Of a stretch of DNA of 64,000 nt, positions 48,682-61,551 are shown one piece after another; positions within the stretch are counted from its first letter, which is position 1; each line of letters begins with the position of its first letter. The DNA is from Polyangiaceae bacterium. Its GTDB lineage: Bacteria; Myxococcota_A; Polyangia; Polyangiales; Polyangiaceae. The notes under the pieces are model-generated. The model saw nothing but the letters and a program-made list of their open reading frames with translations, made no database searches and was not told the DNA's origin. The position numbers and the translations under genes are program-made. The stretch lies in the NCBI GenBank assembly GCA_035063585.1, contig JAPSGB010000006.1:64001-128000 (forward strand), in the 5' to 3' direction.

Positions 48682-48786
48682 GGTCGGTCCGGCGCGGCCG
48701 GCGTCGCTGCGAGAGAATTCACGGAAAGTCGCGCGCTCGCGCGCCGACCCGGCGCGACGCGCGGAAGTCGACTAGATTCGCGCGCG

Positions 48787-50091
48787 ATGAAGCCGAGGCG
48801 TCCTCCCGCCGAGCCGCACGTCGAGCGGCGTGAGCGGCGCGCGCTCTCCCACGTCGGCGGCGAGATCGAGACCCGCGGCGACGAGACGCTCGCGCGCGCG
48901 CTCGAGAGTGCCCTCGCCGTCGAGCCGGACGAGGCGAGCGTGATGGCGCACGTGCACGGGTTTCACAGCTACCCGGCGCGGCTCCACCCCGAGACGGCGG
49001 CGCGGCTCGTCGCCGCGCTCTCCCCCGAGCGCGGGCGCGTGCTCGACCCCTTCTGCGGGAGCGGGACGGTGCTCGTGGAGGCGCGCCGGCTCGGCCGCCG
49101 CGCCATGGGGCTCGACGCGAACCCGCTCGCCGTCGAGCTCGCGTGGCTGAAGACCCGGGCGACCTCCCCGGCGCGCCGCGAGGCGCTGGTCGCGACGGCC
49201 CGCGCGTGCGCGGAGAGCGCAGACGAGCGCCGACGCGCCAAGGCCGGCCCGACGCGCCGCTACGAAGCGCTCGATCGGGACACCTTCGAGGTGCACGTGC
49301 TCCTCGAGCTCGACGGGCTCCGCTCCTCCATCGCGCGCGTCGAGGAGGAGGACGTGCGGCGCGCGCTCGGGCTCGCGCTCTCGGCCATCCTCACCAAGGT
49401 GAGCCGGCGCCCCGGCGACACCACGGCCCGTCGCGAAGCGGGCCGCCGGATCGCGGCCGGCTACGCCATCCGGCTCTTCGTGAAGAAGACCGAGGAGCTC
49501 GCGCGACGACTGGAAGCGTACGCCGCGCTCCTCCCGCCGCGCTCGCCGGAGCCGCTGATCGTGCTCGGCGACGCGCGGCGGCTCCGCGAAGAGCGCGTCG
49601 ATCTCGTGCTCTCGAGTCCGCCTTATCCAGGTGTATACGACTACGTGGAGCATCACGAGGCGCGGCTCAGGTGGCTCGGCTTCGACGCGAAGCGCTTCGC
49701 GCGAAATGAGATCGGCTCGCGCCGCGCCCTCCGCGGGCTCTCGTTCGAGCAGGCCGTGACGACCTGGCGGAGCGACTTCGGCGCCGTGCTCGACGGCATC
49801 GCGCGCGCGATTCGGCCGGGCGGCAAGGCGGCGCTCGTGATGGCGGACTCGGTGGTGGGCCGGCGCGCGCTCTTCGCCGACGATCTCATGAACGTGCTCG
49901 CCCCGAGCCACGGGCTCAGGGTCGCAGCGCTCGGCAGCCAGGCGCGCCCGTACTTCCACCAGCCGACCGAGCGAGCCTTCGCGAAGCGGGCGCGCCGCGA
50001 GCACGTCGTCGTGCTCGTGAGCGCACCCGTGGAGCCCGAGAGCGGGCCGGGCCGCGCCTTGCGCGCCCGCCGGCCCGGCTCTAGCTCCTAG
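48787..50091 (+). CDS. Amino-methyltransferase (N4C/N6A DNA-methyltransferase-like)
   Basis: [20 protein letters not shown] (motif I), SSPPY (motif IV). Confidence 0.82.
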   Translation: MKPRRPPAEPHVERRERRALSHVGGEIETRGDETLARALESALAVEPDEASVMAHVHGFHSYPARLHPETAARLVAALSPERGRVLDPFCGSGTVLVEARRLGRRAMGLDANPLAVELAWLKTRATSPARREALVATARACAESADERRRAKAGPTRRYEALDRDTFEVHVLLELDGLRSSIARVEEEDVRRALGLALSAILTKVSRRPGDTTARREAGRRIAAGYAIRLFVKKTEELARRLEAYAALLPPRSPEPLIVLGDARRLREERVDLVLSSPPYPGVYDYVEHHEARLRWLGFDAKRFARNEIGSRRALRGLSFEQAVTTWRSDFGAVLDGIARAIRPGGKAALVMADSVVGRRALFADDLMNVLAPSHGLRVAALGSQARPYFHQPTERAFAKRARREHVVVLVSAPVEPESGPGRALRARRPGSSS

Positions 50092-50093
50092 CG

Positions 50094-53000
50094 ATGCCCG
50101 CGCACCAGAATCGACTCGCCGGCGAGACCAGCCCGTACCTCCTGCAGCACGCAAGCAACCCGGTCGATTGGTATCCGTGGGGGCCGGAAGCGCTCGAGCG
50201 GGCCAAGCGAGAAGACAAGCCGATCCTGCTCAGCATCGGCTACTCGGCCTGCCACTGGTGCCACGTGATGGAGCGCGAGAGCTTCGAGGACGAGGGTATC
50301 GCCGCGCTCATGAACGCGCACTTCGTGTGCATCAAGGTCGACCGCGAGGAGCGCCCGGATCTCGACGACATCTACATGGCCGCCACGGTGGCGATCAGTG
50401 GCAGCGGGGGCTGGCCGATGACCGTGTTCCTGACGCCCGACCACGAGGCGTTCTTCGCCGGCACCTACTTCCCGCCCACCGACAAGTACGGGCGCCCGGG
50501 GTTCACCACGGTGCTCACCCGCATCGCCGATCTCTGGTCGACCGGGCGCGAGCGCCTCCTCGCGCAAGCGAGCGAGCTTACTCGCCACCTGCGCGACCAA
50601 GCGCGGGTCACCGCGCCGGCGCCGGTCGGCGCGAGCGCCATCGAGGCCGCAGTCCGCCAGCTCGCGCGCGATTTCGAGCCGCGCTTCGGCGGCTTCTCGT
50701 CGGCACCGAAATTCCCCGCGCCCGCCGCGCTCTCGCTCCTGCTCAGGAGCTACTCGCGCTCCGGCGACGCCGAGACGCTGCGGATGGTCACGGTCACCCT
50801 CGACGGAATGAAGAACGGGGGGCTCTACGATCAAATCGGCGGCGGTTTTGCGCGCTACAGCACCGACGAGCGCTGGCTCGTGCCGCACTTCGAGAAGATG
50901 CTCCCCGACAACGCCGGCCTCGCGCGAGCCTACCTCGAGGCATACCAGGTGACCGGCGACGGCGAGTATCGCCGCATCGCGAGCGAGACGCTCGACTACG
51001 TGCTCCGCGAGATGCAAGGCGACGAGGGCGGCTATTTCTCCGCCACCGACGCCGACAGCGAGGGCGTCGAGGGGAAGTTCTTCGTCTGGAACCCGGAGCA
51101 GCTCACGCGCGTGCTCGGGGCCGAGGCGGCCGCCCGGTTCGGGGCTTATTATGACATATCTGAGGGTGGCAACTGGGAGGGCATGAGTATCCCGAGCACC
51201 CCGCGCCCCGAGCCGGCCGAGGCGCGCGCCCTCGATGAGGCGAGGAGATTGGTCTACGCGGCGCGGAGAGAGCGCGTCCCGCCGCTCCTCGACGACAAGG
51301 TGCTCACGAGCTGGAACGCGCTGATGATCGGCGCCATGAGCGAGGGCGCGCGGGTGCTCGGGGATGCCCGCTATCGAGTGAGCGCGGAGCGCGCGGCCGG
51401 CTTCGTGCTCTCGCGGCTCCGCCGGCCCGACGGCGGACTCTACCGCACCGCGCGCGCGGGGAAGGCGCACCTCGACGGGTACCTGGAGGACTACGCCTAT
51501 CTCGCCGACGCTCTCGTCGATCTCTATGAGTGCGGTGGGAGCGCGGAGTACTTGAGCGAGGCGCTCCGGCTCGCCGAGCGCGCGCTACGCGACTTCGGCG
51601 AGCCGGCGGGCGGCGCGTTCTATCACACGGCGCACGGACACGAGGCGCTCCTGGTACGCACCCGCGAAGGGCAAGATGGCGCGCAGCCGAGCCCGAACGC
51701 GGTCGCGGCCCGCGCGCTCGCGCGGCTCGCGGCGCATTTCGACCGCGCCGACCTGCGAGAGCGCGCGCTCGGCGCGGTGCGCGCCTACGGCGCGCTCATC
51801 GAGCGGCACCCGCGCGCCTTCGCGACTGCGCTGGGCGTGGTGGATTTCTTGGAAGGCGCCCCGGTGGAGCTCGCGTTCATCGGAGCGCCCGTCGCGCTCG
51901 AGCGTGAAGTCGCGAAGCACTTCTTGCCCAATCGGCTCATCGCCCATGGGCCGGGCACGCTGCCGCTGCTCGAAGGAAAGACCGCCCCCGGGCTCTATGT
52001 GTGCCGGAACTTCGTCTGCGAAGCGCCCATCACGGAGCCCGGCGCGGTCGCCGGAGCGCTCGCCCCGGGCGCGGCGAGCCCGCGCGCGCCGCGCCCCGAG
52101 CGGCTCGCGGGCGCCGCGACGCCGGAGGGCACCCGCTCGATCGCCGCGCGGCACGCGATGCTCGGCTACGCCCCGCTCGGGCGCACCGGGCTCACGGCGA
52201 GCCGCTTCGGCTTTGGCGGGTACCGGATCGATGACGGCGACGGCGAGCATCGCGCCGCCCTGACGAGCGCGCTCCGCGGGGGCGTCAACCTGCTCGACAC
52301 CTCCAGCAACTACACCGGAGGGCGGAGCGAGCGCCTCATCGGACAGGTCCTCGGCGCGCTCACGAGGAGCGGAGAGCTCGCGCGCGAGGAGGTCATCGTC
52401 GTCTCCAAGATCGGCTACGTCGAGGGCGAAGATCTCGCGTTCATGAGGCAGCACGAGCTCCCCGAGACGGTGAAGCTCGGGGAGCAGCACTGGCACTCGA
52501 TCCACCCCGACTGGCTCGCGCGGCAGCTCGGCCGCTCGCTCGAACGTCTCGAACTCGAGACGCTCGACGTCTGCCTCTTGCACAACCCGGAGTACCTCTT
52601 CGAGGTCGGCGCGCCGAGTCGAGACGAATACTACGGGCGCCTGGAGCGCGCGTTCGCTCACCTCGAGCGCGAGGTTGCGCGGGGCCGGCTCCGCGCCTAC
52701 GGCGTGTCGAGCAACACGGCCGGTCTCCCCGAGACGCACCCGCGCGCGACCTCGCTCCCGCGGCTGCTCGAGGCGGCGCGCCGTGCCGGAGGCGCGGCGC
52801 ATCACCTCCGCGTGCTCGAGCTTCCCTTGAACCTGCTCGAGCCGAGCGCTGCGCTCGCGCGCGACCGCGCCGGCGAGACGGTGCTCGACTGCGCGGCGCG
52901 GGAGGGCGTGGCCGTGCTGGTGAACCGGCCGCTCAACGCCATCGTCGATGGCCGGCTGGTGCGGCTGGCCGAGCCACCCGCGCTCGATCGAGCGCCGCCG

Positions 53001-53570
53001 CTCGCGGACGGCCTCGACGCCGTCGCCGAGCTCGAGCGTGAGTTCGCCCGCGAGCTCGCGCCGCAGGTCCCGAGCGCCCGGGGAGAGCCGCCGGCGTCCG
53101 AGCTCTTCACCTGGGCGGCCCGCCTGCGGAAGGCCAGCGAGTCGCTCACGAGCCTGGGGTCGTGGCGTGAGCTCGAGGGGCGCGTGATCGCGCCGCGGAT
53201 CTCCCAGGCATTCAGGCGGCTCGACGCGCGCCTCACGGGCGAGTCCGCCGAGCGGTGGCGCGACTGGCGCGGCCGCTACCTCCGACGGCTCGATGACCTC
53301 ATGGCGTCGCTCGGCGCGCTGGCGGCGGAGCGCAGCCGGGAGGAGCTGCGTCGGCTCGCGCGCGCACTCGACCCGCTCTTGCCGGAGTCGCGTCGCGCGG
53401 AACCGTTCGTTCGCAAGGCGCTCTGGGCGCTCGCGAGCCTGCCCGGCGTGAGCGCGGTGCTGGTCGGCATGCGCCACCCGAGCTACGTCGCCGACGCGCT
53501 CGAGGTGATGCGGTGGGGCGCGCTCGAGGGAGCGACGCAGGCCTTCTCGTCGACCGGGCGTGAGGCGTAG
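50094..53570 (+). CDS. YyaL/SSP411 thioredoxin-domain protein fused to an aldo/keto reductase domain
   Basis: [43 protein letters not shown]; then GFGGY, DTSSNY, SKIG, LLHNPE. Confidence 0.92.
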   Translation: MPAHQNRLAGETSPYLLQHASNPVDWYPWGPEALERAKREDKPILLSIGYSACHWCHVMERESFEDEGIAALMNAHFVCIKVDREERPDLDDIYMAATVAISGSGGWPMTVFLTPDHEAFFAGTYFPPTDKYGRPGFTTVLTRIADLWSTGRERLLAQASELTRHLRDQARVTAPAPVGASAIEAAVRQLARDFEPRFGGFSSAPKFPAPAALSLLLRSYSRSGDAETLRMVTVTLDGMKNGGLYDQIGGGFARYSTDERWLVPHFEKMLPDNAGLARAYLEAYQVTGDGEYRRIASETLDYVLREMQGDEGGYFSATDADSEGVEGKFFVWNPEQLTRVLGAEAAARFGAYYDISEGGNWEGMSIPSTPRPEPAEARALDEARRLVYAARRERVPPLLDDKVLTSWNALMIGAMSEGARVLGDARYRVSAERAAGFVLSRLRRPDGGLYRTARAGKAHLDGYLEDYAYLADALVDLYECGGSAEYLSEALRLAERALRDFGEPAGGAFYHTAHGHEALLVRTREGQDGAQPSPNAVAARALARLAAHFDRADLRERALGAVRAYGALIERHPRAFATALGVVDFLEGAPVELAFIGAPVALEREVAKHFLPNRLIAHGPGTLPLLEGKTAPGLYVCRNFVCEAPITEPGAVAGALAPGAASPRAPRPERLAGAATPEGTRSIAARHAMLGYAPLGRTGLTASRFGFGGYRIDDGDGEHRAALTSALRGGVNLLDTSSNYTGGRSERLIGQVLGALTRSGELAREEVIVVSKIGYVEGEDLAFMRQHELPETVKLGEQHWHSIHPDWLARQLGRSLERLELETLDVCLLHNPEYLFEVGAPSRDEYYGRLERAFAHLEREVARGRLRAYGVSSNTAGLPETHPRATSLPRLLEAARRAGGAAHHLRVLELPLNLLEPSAALARDRAGETVLDCAAREGVAVLVNRPLNAIVDGRLVRLAEPPALDRAPPLADGLDAVAELEREFARELAPQVPSARGEPPASELFTWAARLRKASESLTSLGSWRELEGRVIAPRISQAFRRLDARLTGESAERWRDWRGRYLRRLDDLMASLGALAAERSREELRRLARALDPLLPESRRAEPFVRKALWALASLPGVSAVLVGMRHPSYVADALEVMRWGALEGATQAFSSTGREA

Positions 53571-53586
53571 AGTCTCGGGGCGAGCC

Positions 53587-54720
53587 ATGAGGACCACCGA
53601 TCGGCCGTCCGTCGCCCTGCTCCACCGCCCCAAGCGGATGCGCCGCCACACCGCGCCGGGCGCGCCACCGGGCACGCTCGCATCTCCCCCCGGCGCCGAG
53701 GCCCCCACGGTCCGAGTGATCTCCTACGGCGAGTCGAGGATGCTCGAGCGCACGCTCGACACGCCCGAGGAGCTCGCGCCGATGCTCGACGAGTTCCCCG
53801 TCACCTGGATCGACGTCGACGGGCTCGGCGACGTCGGCGTCATCACCAAGCTCGCCGCCGTGCTCCACCTCCACCCGCTCGCGCTCGAGGACGTGCTCTC
53901 GAGCCACCAGCGCTCGAAGGTAGAGCAGTACGAGAATTATCGCTACATCGTCATACGCATGGCGTCGATGAAGGACGGCGCGCTCGTCACCGAGCAGCTC
54001 AACCTCTTCCACGGCGCGAACTTCGTCGCCACCTTCCAGGAGCAGCCGGGCGGGGACTGCTTCGGCCCGATCCGCCAGCGGATCCGCCAGGGTGGGAGCC
54101 GGGTCCGGAGCGCGGGCGCGGACTATCTCATGTACGCGCTCATCGACGCGGTCATCGACAACTATTTTCCGCTCATCGAGAAGAACGGCGACCTCCTCGA
54201 AGAGCTCGAGATCGAGGTCATCGAGGCGCCAGCCAAGACCACGCCGGCGAAGATCCTCGGCGCGCGCCATGATCTCATGCAATTTCGCCGCGCGATTTGG
54301 CCGCTCCGCGAGGCGCTGAACACACTCCTGCACGACGAGACGAAGCTCATCGCGGCCGAGACGCGAGTCTACCTCCGCGACTGCTACGACCATGTCATCC
54401 AGCTCATCGACATGGTCGAGACCTATCGCGAGGTCGCCGGCGGGCTCATGGACGTCTATCTGTCGAGCGTCTCGAACCGGATGAACGAGGTGATGAAGGT
54501 CCTCACCGTGATCGCGACGATCTTCATCCCCCTCTCGTTCGTGGCGAGCCTCTATGGGATGAATTTCGATGCCGGCGTCTCCTCATGGAATATGCCCGAG
54601 CTCAGGTGGCGGTACGGCTATCCCTTCGCGCTCGGCTTGATGGCCGCGATCATGCTCGGCCTGCTCGGCTATTTTTGGAAGAAGGGGTGGCTCGGCGACG
54701 GCGCTCCGCGCGACCGGTGA
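53587..54720 (+). CDS. corA: Magnesium/cobalt transporter CorA
   Basis: LHPLALED, QRSKVE, RMNEVMKVLT, YGMNF, MPEL. Confidence 0.96.
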   Translation: MRTTDRPSVALLHRPKRMRRHTAPGAPPGTLASPPGAEAPTVRVISYGESRMLERTLDTPEELAPMLDEFPVTWIDVDGLGDVGVITKLAAVLHLHPLALEDVLSSHQRSKVEQYENYRYIVIRMASMKDGALVTEQLNLFHGANFVATFQEQPGGDCFGPIRQRIRQGGSRVRSAGADYLMYALIDAVIDNYFPLIEKNGDLLEELEIEVIEAPAKTTPAKILGARHDLMQFRRAIWPLREALNTLLHDETKLIAAETRVYLRDCYDHVIQLIDMVETYREVAGGLMDVYLSSVSNRMNEVMKVLTVIATIFIPLSFVASLYGMNFDAGVSSWNMPELRWRYGYPFALGLMAAIMLGLLGYFWKKGWLGDGAPRDR

Positions 54721-54738
54721 GCGACGAGGAGGGCTCGC

Positions 54739-55185
54739 TCATCTGCCGAGCAGGGAGTCGAGCACGACGCGGGCCTCGGCCGGCGCGTCCGCGATGACGA
54801 CCCCGATGAGCGCGCCGTCCCGCCGCTCGTACGCGCCGCGCTCTTTCTCGAGCTCGACCTCCCAGAACTCGTCGGGCGGGACGTAGACGGTCACGGTCAC
54901 GCTCGTGCCGACCTTGGTCGCTCCGGCGAGGACGGTGCGCTTGCCGTCGCTCGACACCTCGCTCGCCATGGTCACCCGCCAGCCGCCTCGAGCGAGCGCG
55001 GCCGCCAACTCATCCTTGCTGAGCCTCGAGAGCGGCGAGGCGAGGCGGCCGGCGCGGAAGGCGGCGCGTTCGGCGGGCGCGGCGGCCGGCGGCGGGTTCT
55101 CGGTGATCCCGCTGCGTGTCGAGCGGCGGCACGCGGCGCTCGACGCGAGGCTCGCGAGCATGAAGATCATGAGCGCGCGTCTCAT
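54739..55185 (-). CDS. Hypothetical lipoprotein
   Basis: MRRALMIFMLASLASSAAC lipobox; small globular domain. Confidence 0.65.
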   Translation of the reverse strand: MRRALMIFMLASLASSAACRRSTRSGITENPPPAAAPAERAAFRAGRLASPLSRLSKDELAAALARGGWRVTMASEVSSDGKRTVLAGATKVGTSVTVTVYVPPDEFWEVELEKERGAYERRDGALIGVVIADAPAEARVVLDSLLGR

Positions 55186-55356
55186 GCGAAATTCCCTTCG
55201 GAGCCTGCCACGGAGCGACCGCCCACGCTGGCGCCGCGCGCAAGCGAGCTTGCCGCGCTGCACCTTGCAAGACACTGACGCATCGCGTAGGAGGCCTGAG
55301 GGGCGGTTACGCGCCGCCCCGACATCCCCTCTCGAACCTCTCGGAGTCCGCTCGAG

Positions 55357-57456
<2,100 letters not shown>

Positions 57457-57583
57457 GCGACGAGCGGGCCGCTCAGCCGCCGGGCGCGCGGCACGCCGGC
57501 GTCGCGCCGGCCCCGGCCCCGGGCGCGCCGGGCCGCGCTGGGCCGCGCTGGAAAAATTCCCGACGACCGTGTAGCGTCCTCGC

Positions 57584-58141
57584 ATGAAGATCGAGACCGC
57601 GACCATCCGACGCTTGCGAGACGCCTTGCTACAGAGCGGCCGCCGTCCGAGCACGGTGCTGTCGAGCGCCTACGAGACGCTCGCGCGGGCCGGCATGCTG
57701 AGCCCCGAAGAGAGCCTGGCGCTGAACCGCGTCGATCCTCTGGCCGAGACGATGTTCCTCATGATGTCGGCGGACGGCAAGGTCGAGGAGGCCGAGCTCG
57801 ACGCGATCCGCGGCGCGATCCGCGGCCTCACCGACAACCTGCTCCGCAGCGGCACCATCAACGTGATGCTGGAGAACTACGCGGCGCGCCTCGCCGAGCA
57901 GGGCAGAGACGCCCGCCTCCAGGAGATCGCGGAGGAAGTCGCGGAGGAGCCCTCCGAGGCGGAGGGCGCGTTCGCGCTCGCCGCGGCAGTCGCGCTCGCC
58001 GACGACGAGATCGCCGATGAAGAGAACGAGCTCATCAACCAGCTCGCGGAGTGGTTCGGCATCGCCGAGGAGCGCACGAACGAGATCCTCGATCAGCTCG
58101 AGGAAGACGGCGACGACGAGGACGGCCTCGAAGACGAGTAG
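57584..58141 (+). CDS. TerB-family protein
   Basis: [12 protein letters not shown] and [12 protein letters not shown] metal-site motifs; acidic tail. Confidence 0.8.
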   Translation: MKIETATIRRLRDALLQSGRRPSTVLSSAYETLARAGMLSPEESLALNRVDPLAETMFLMMSADGKVEEAELDAIRGAIRGLTDNLLRSGTINVMLENYAARLAEQGRDARLQEIAEEVAEEPSEAEGAFALAAAVALADDEIADEENELINQLAEWFGIAEERTNEILDQLEEDGDDEDGLEDE

Positions 58142-60549
58142 CGGAGGCCGAGCCACGCGAGCGTGGCGGCCACGGCGCCGGTCAGCCCGAAGGGGAGATC
58201 CGAGAGCACGCGGAGCGCCGTCCAGAAGCTGGCGCCGCAGAACATCAGCATGAGCAGCAGCATCACGCTCCGCGCCGCGTACATGACGACCAGCGCGGGC
58301 GCGAGCCGCGAGGCCTGGTCGCGGTCGAGCCGCGTCGCGAGCGCGCCGATCGCGACCAGCTCGGCGAGCACGTACTTGTAGCCGAGCGCCGCGCCCACCA
58401 GCCACTCCGGGACGTGCGGATCACCGAAGCCGGCGACGCCCCAGTCCATCGCGCCGAAGTCGAGCGCGCCCTGGATGCCCATGCGCTGGACGAACAGGAG
58501 CCCGAACACGAAGCTCGCGAGCAGGAGCAGGTTGGGCACGCTGTCGGGAGGGGTCGGTTCGGCGCGGGAGAGCGCGACTCCGACGCTCTCGGCGATGGCT
58601 ACCGTGCAGAGGAACGGTACGATCTCGAAGTCGCGCGAGACCCAGGTGTAAGCGATGACGCCCGCGGAGACCGCGAGGTGGGAGCGACCCGAGAGCGCCG
58701 CCACGGCCGCGCCGACCGCGGTGAGGAGTAGGAGCGCGCGCCCGACCATCGGCGGGGCGACGCGGCGCGCGAGGAGCGAGCCCACGGCCACCAAGACGAG
58801 CAGGCCGAGCAGACGTCGTGAGCGGCGGTCGCCTCGCGCGACGAGGAACGCGGTGAGCGCGACGCACGCGACCGCGAGGAGGAGCCCCGGATGCTCGTAG
58901 ACGAACCGCGGGAACGGCCGCTCCGAGCGCGTGCCCACCGGAAAGAGGACCGCCAGCATGGCCAGGAGCGCGGCGAAGTGCACGCGCGAGAGCCCGAGCC
59001 GCCCGCCGCGAAGCAGGGACGGCGCGGCCGCGCGGAGCCCTCCCGCGAGCGCGACGATCAGCGCGCCCACCGCGACCGCGACGTACGACTCGGGCTGCGT
59101 GTTCGTCGGGTAGCTCGCCACCAAGAGGCCCGGGAGCAGCGCGGGCGCGAGCGCGGCGTGTCGCTCGAGCCACGCCGCCGCGCGCCCCGGCCAGAGCAGG
59201 GTGAGGAGCACCCCGAGGTTCACCGCGCCGAAGAGCACACCGCGCGTCACGTTGGGCCACGCGCCAGGCAGCCGCTCGACGAAGTAGAGGAGCAGGAGCC
59301 CGAGCGCGCCGACCAGGAAGCTCGCCGGCAGGTAGCGCGCGATGCTCGCCCCGAATACCGTGAAGGCGATGGCGAGCGCACCGAGCACGATGACGCTCGC
59401 GGCGAGCCAAGCGGCGCGCGAGCCGAGCCCGGTCGCGTCGGTGACGACCGCGGAGACCTCGCCGGCCACTCGACGCGCCGCGCCGAGCGCGACCTCCGGT
59501 TCCGCGCCGGACCGACAAACCTCGAGTGACGAGCGAGCGGCCTCGAGGGGCGCCGCGCCGACGGCTACCTCGCCGTAGCCGTACGCGCGCTCCGCGTCGT
59601 TGCACGCGACCCGCGCGCGCTCAGCGGGCGAGAGGTCGAGCCAGTCGACCAGGAGGTGACCTTGGCCGTGGGCGGGGGCGGCCACCCCGAGCAGGGTGGC
59701 GAGGGTGCCTGCCACGTCGGACTGCGACAGTGGGCGCTCGGGGTGGACTCCGCGCGCGATACCCGGTCCGTACGCGTAGAAGGGGACTCGGCGCTGCACG
59801 GGCACGTCCGCGCCGTGCGTGCCGCTGTCCGCGGCGCCGTGATCGCTGGTGACCACGACGGTGGTGTCGGCCGGGACCTCCGCGAGGAGCGCGCTCAAAT
59901 CGCGATCGAAGGCGTGGATGCTCTTCGCGTAGCGCGCCGACGAGATGCCGTAGGCGTGCCCCTGGTGATCCGGCGTGACGAAATGCGCGATGAGGACGTT
60001 CGGCTTCCGGGCGAGGAGCCTTCGCACGCCAGCGAAGGCCTGCGGGTTGAAATCGACGTCGATGGCAGCGCCGGGCGGGTCGAGCGCGTGCGCGCGGAGC
60101 CACGGCCCGTACATCTCGACCCAGGCCGGGTCACCGACGATGTCGACGTCGAGACCCGCCCGCGCGGCGTTCTCGAGCCAGGAGTCGTAGGCGACCAGGC
60201 GGGGGTTCAGGTTCATCACGATCTGCTCGAGTCGCCCGGGCTGCCCGGTACCGAATTCGAGGACCGCGCTGGTCGTCATCGAGACGCGGCCTGCCCACAT
60301 CTCGGCGCTCGAGTGCTCGCGCATCGCACGGGCGAAATGGGGCATGCGCGCGGGATCGGTGGCGACGTCGTAGCGAAGTCCGTCGACGACCACGAAGAGC
60401 AGGTGCCGAGCGAGCGGGCGAGTCACCGGCGGGCGGAGCGGTGTGTCGGGCGGCGCGGGCGCGGGCAAGACCACGCGGAGCACCGCGAGCACGATGCCGA
60501 CCGCGAGGGCGGCGACCATCGCGAGGACGAGGAGCGGGCGACGCGTCAC
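58093..60549 (-). CDS. Alkaline-phosphatase-superfamily membrane protein resembling GPI ethanolamine-phosphate transferases
   Basis: One TM segment, VVVDGLRYD, SMTT, AHFVTPDHQGH, TSDHG..GTHG, QSDVAGTLATLLG, then many C-terminal TM segments. Confidence 0.8.
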   Translation of the reverse strand: MTRRPLLVLAMVAALAVGIVLAVLRVVLPAPAPPDTPLRPPVTRPLARHLLFVVVDGLRYDVATDPARMPHFARAMREHSSAEMWAGRVSMTTSAVLEFGTGQPGRLEQIVMNLNPRLVAYDSWLENAARAGLDVDIVGDPAWVEMYGPWLRAHALDPPGAAIDVDFNPQAFAGVRRLLARKPNVLIAHFVTPDHQGHAYGISSARYAKSIHAFDRDLSALLAEVPADTTVVVTSDHGAADSGTHGADVPVQRRVPFYAYGPGIARGVHPERPLSQSDVAGTLATLLGVAAPAHGQGHLLVDWLDLSPAERARVACNDAERAYGYGEVAVGAAPLEAARSSLEVCRSGAEPEVALGAARRVAGEVSAVVTDATGLGSRAAWLAASVIVLGALAIAFTVFGASIARYLPASFLVGALGLLLLYFVERLPGAWPNVTRGVLFGAVNLGVLLTLLWPGRAAAWLERHAALAPALLPGLLVASYPTNTQPESYVAVAVGALIVALAGGLRAAAPSLLRGGRLGLSRVHFAALLAMLAVLFPVGTRSERPFPRFVYEHPGLLLAVACVALTAFLVARGDRRSRRLLGLLVLVAVGSLLARRVAPPMVGRALLLLTAVGAAVAALSGRSHLAVSAGVIAYTWVSRDFEIVPFLCTVAIAESVGVALSRAEPTPPDSVPNLLLLASFVFGLLFVQRMGIQGALDFGAMDWGVAGFGDPHVPEWLVGAALGYKYVLAELVAIGALATRLDRDQASRLAPALVVMYAARSVMLLLMLMFCGASFWTALRVLSDLPFGLTGAVAATLAWLGLRYSSSRPSSSSPSSSS

Positions 60550-60558
60550 GCTCGTCCC

Positions 60559-61551
60559 TCAGCGAGCGCCGGTCACGCAGCGAAACCCCAAGGCGCCGAC
60601 TCGATACGTCCACTTCGAGCCCGCGCGGAAATACGGGTGGAGCGAGGCCGTGCTCCGGTTCCAGCCGCCGCCGCGGAGCGAGTGAACGTAGCAGTCGCCG
60701 CCGAGCCGCGGATCGCCGGCGGGCGCCGGATCGACGAGCTCACCGGCCGGGTAGGGCAAGTAGCAGTCCTCGACCCACTCCCACACGTTGCCGCCGAGCT
60801 CGTAGAGGTCCCCCGCTGGCCACTTGGATGCGCCGAGCGGAAATGACCGCACCGCGCTGGTGCCGCCGCCGTAGCAGCCGACGTCGCCCGCTGGATCGCG
60901 CTTCGGCGCGCCGCCCGGCGTGAAATCCGCGGTGTGATTCTCGCAGGTCGGGTTGGGCGAGTCGCCCCACGGCCAAGCGCGGCCGTCGCCGTGCCCGGCC
61001 GCCCACTCGAACTCGGCCTCGGTGGGCAGGCGGCGGCCGAGGCTCTCGCAATAGGCCTTCGCCTGCTTGTAGTTCACCATGTTGAGCGGGTGATCCTCGC
61101 GGTGATAAATCGAGCGATAGTTGGAGTTGATGTCGTTCAGCTGCGGGAGGGTGCAGGTGCCGGCCTCGACGCACCTCCGGTACGCGGCGACCGTCACCTC
61201 GGTCGCGTCCATGCAGAACGGGCGGGTCAGGATCACACGGTGCTTCTGGTCGAAGGAGCCCGGCGGGCCGTGCCCCATCAGGAATCCCTCGGGCCCGGTC
61301 GAGGGAACGTAGACCTGATCATCGGGGCAGGCGGGCACGCAGCGACCAGCCTCGCAGCGCTCGACCGACGCGCAGGACGGTGAGCAGGTCGACGCCGCGG
61401 GCGCGCTCGCGGCGCTCGCGGCGCTCGCGGCGCTCGGCGCGCTCGCCGCGGCGCGCGCGGAAGCGCGCGGCTGCGCGCCGGCCCCGTCATCCCGAGACCC
61501 GCGGCAGCCCGCGAGCGCCAGGCCAACGGCCAAGAGCCAGCGTGTCCTCAT
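60559..61551 (-). CDS. FGE-sulfatase (SUMF1-like) domain lipoprotein
   Basis: Lipobox LAGC; FCMDATEVT, RLPTEAEFEWAA, GNVWEW, RGGGW, LGFRC. Confidence 0.9.
   Translation of the reverse strand: MRTRWLLAVGLALAGCRGSRDDGAGAQPRASARAAASAPSAASAASAASAPAASTCSPSCASVERCEAGRCVPACPDDQVYVPSTGPEGFLMGHGPPGSFDQKHRVILTRPFCMDATEVTVAAYRRCVEAGTCTLPQLNDINSNYRSIYHREDHPLNMVNYKQAKAYCESLGRRLPTEAEFEWAAGHGDGRAWPWGDSPNPTCENHTADFTPGGAPKRDPAGDVGCYGGGTSAVRSFPLGASKWPAGDLYELGGNVWEWVEDCYLPYPAGELVDPAPAGDPRLGGDCYVHSLRGGGWNRSTASLHPYFRAGSKWTYRVGALGFRCVTGAR

Noticed and set aside
48787..50091. Restriction-modification system
   Set aside because: No endonuclease or specificity subunit adjacent
57584..58141. Tellurite-resistance (ter) operon
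   Set aside because: Single TerB-fold gene; no terC, terD or terZ
61400..61450. 9-bp tandem repeat
   Set aside because: Encodes the low-complexity ASA linker of a lipoprotein
60559..61551. FGE/C-type-lectin-fold protein as a diversity-generating retroelement target or an active formylglycine-generating enzyme
   Set aside because: No reverse transcriptase or template repeat seen in the window; the catalytic Cys pair after RGG is absent
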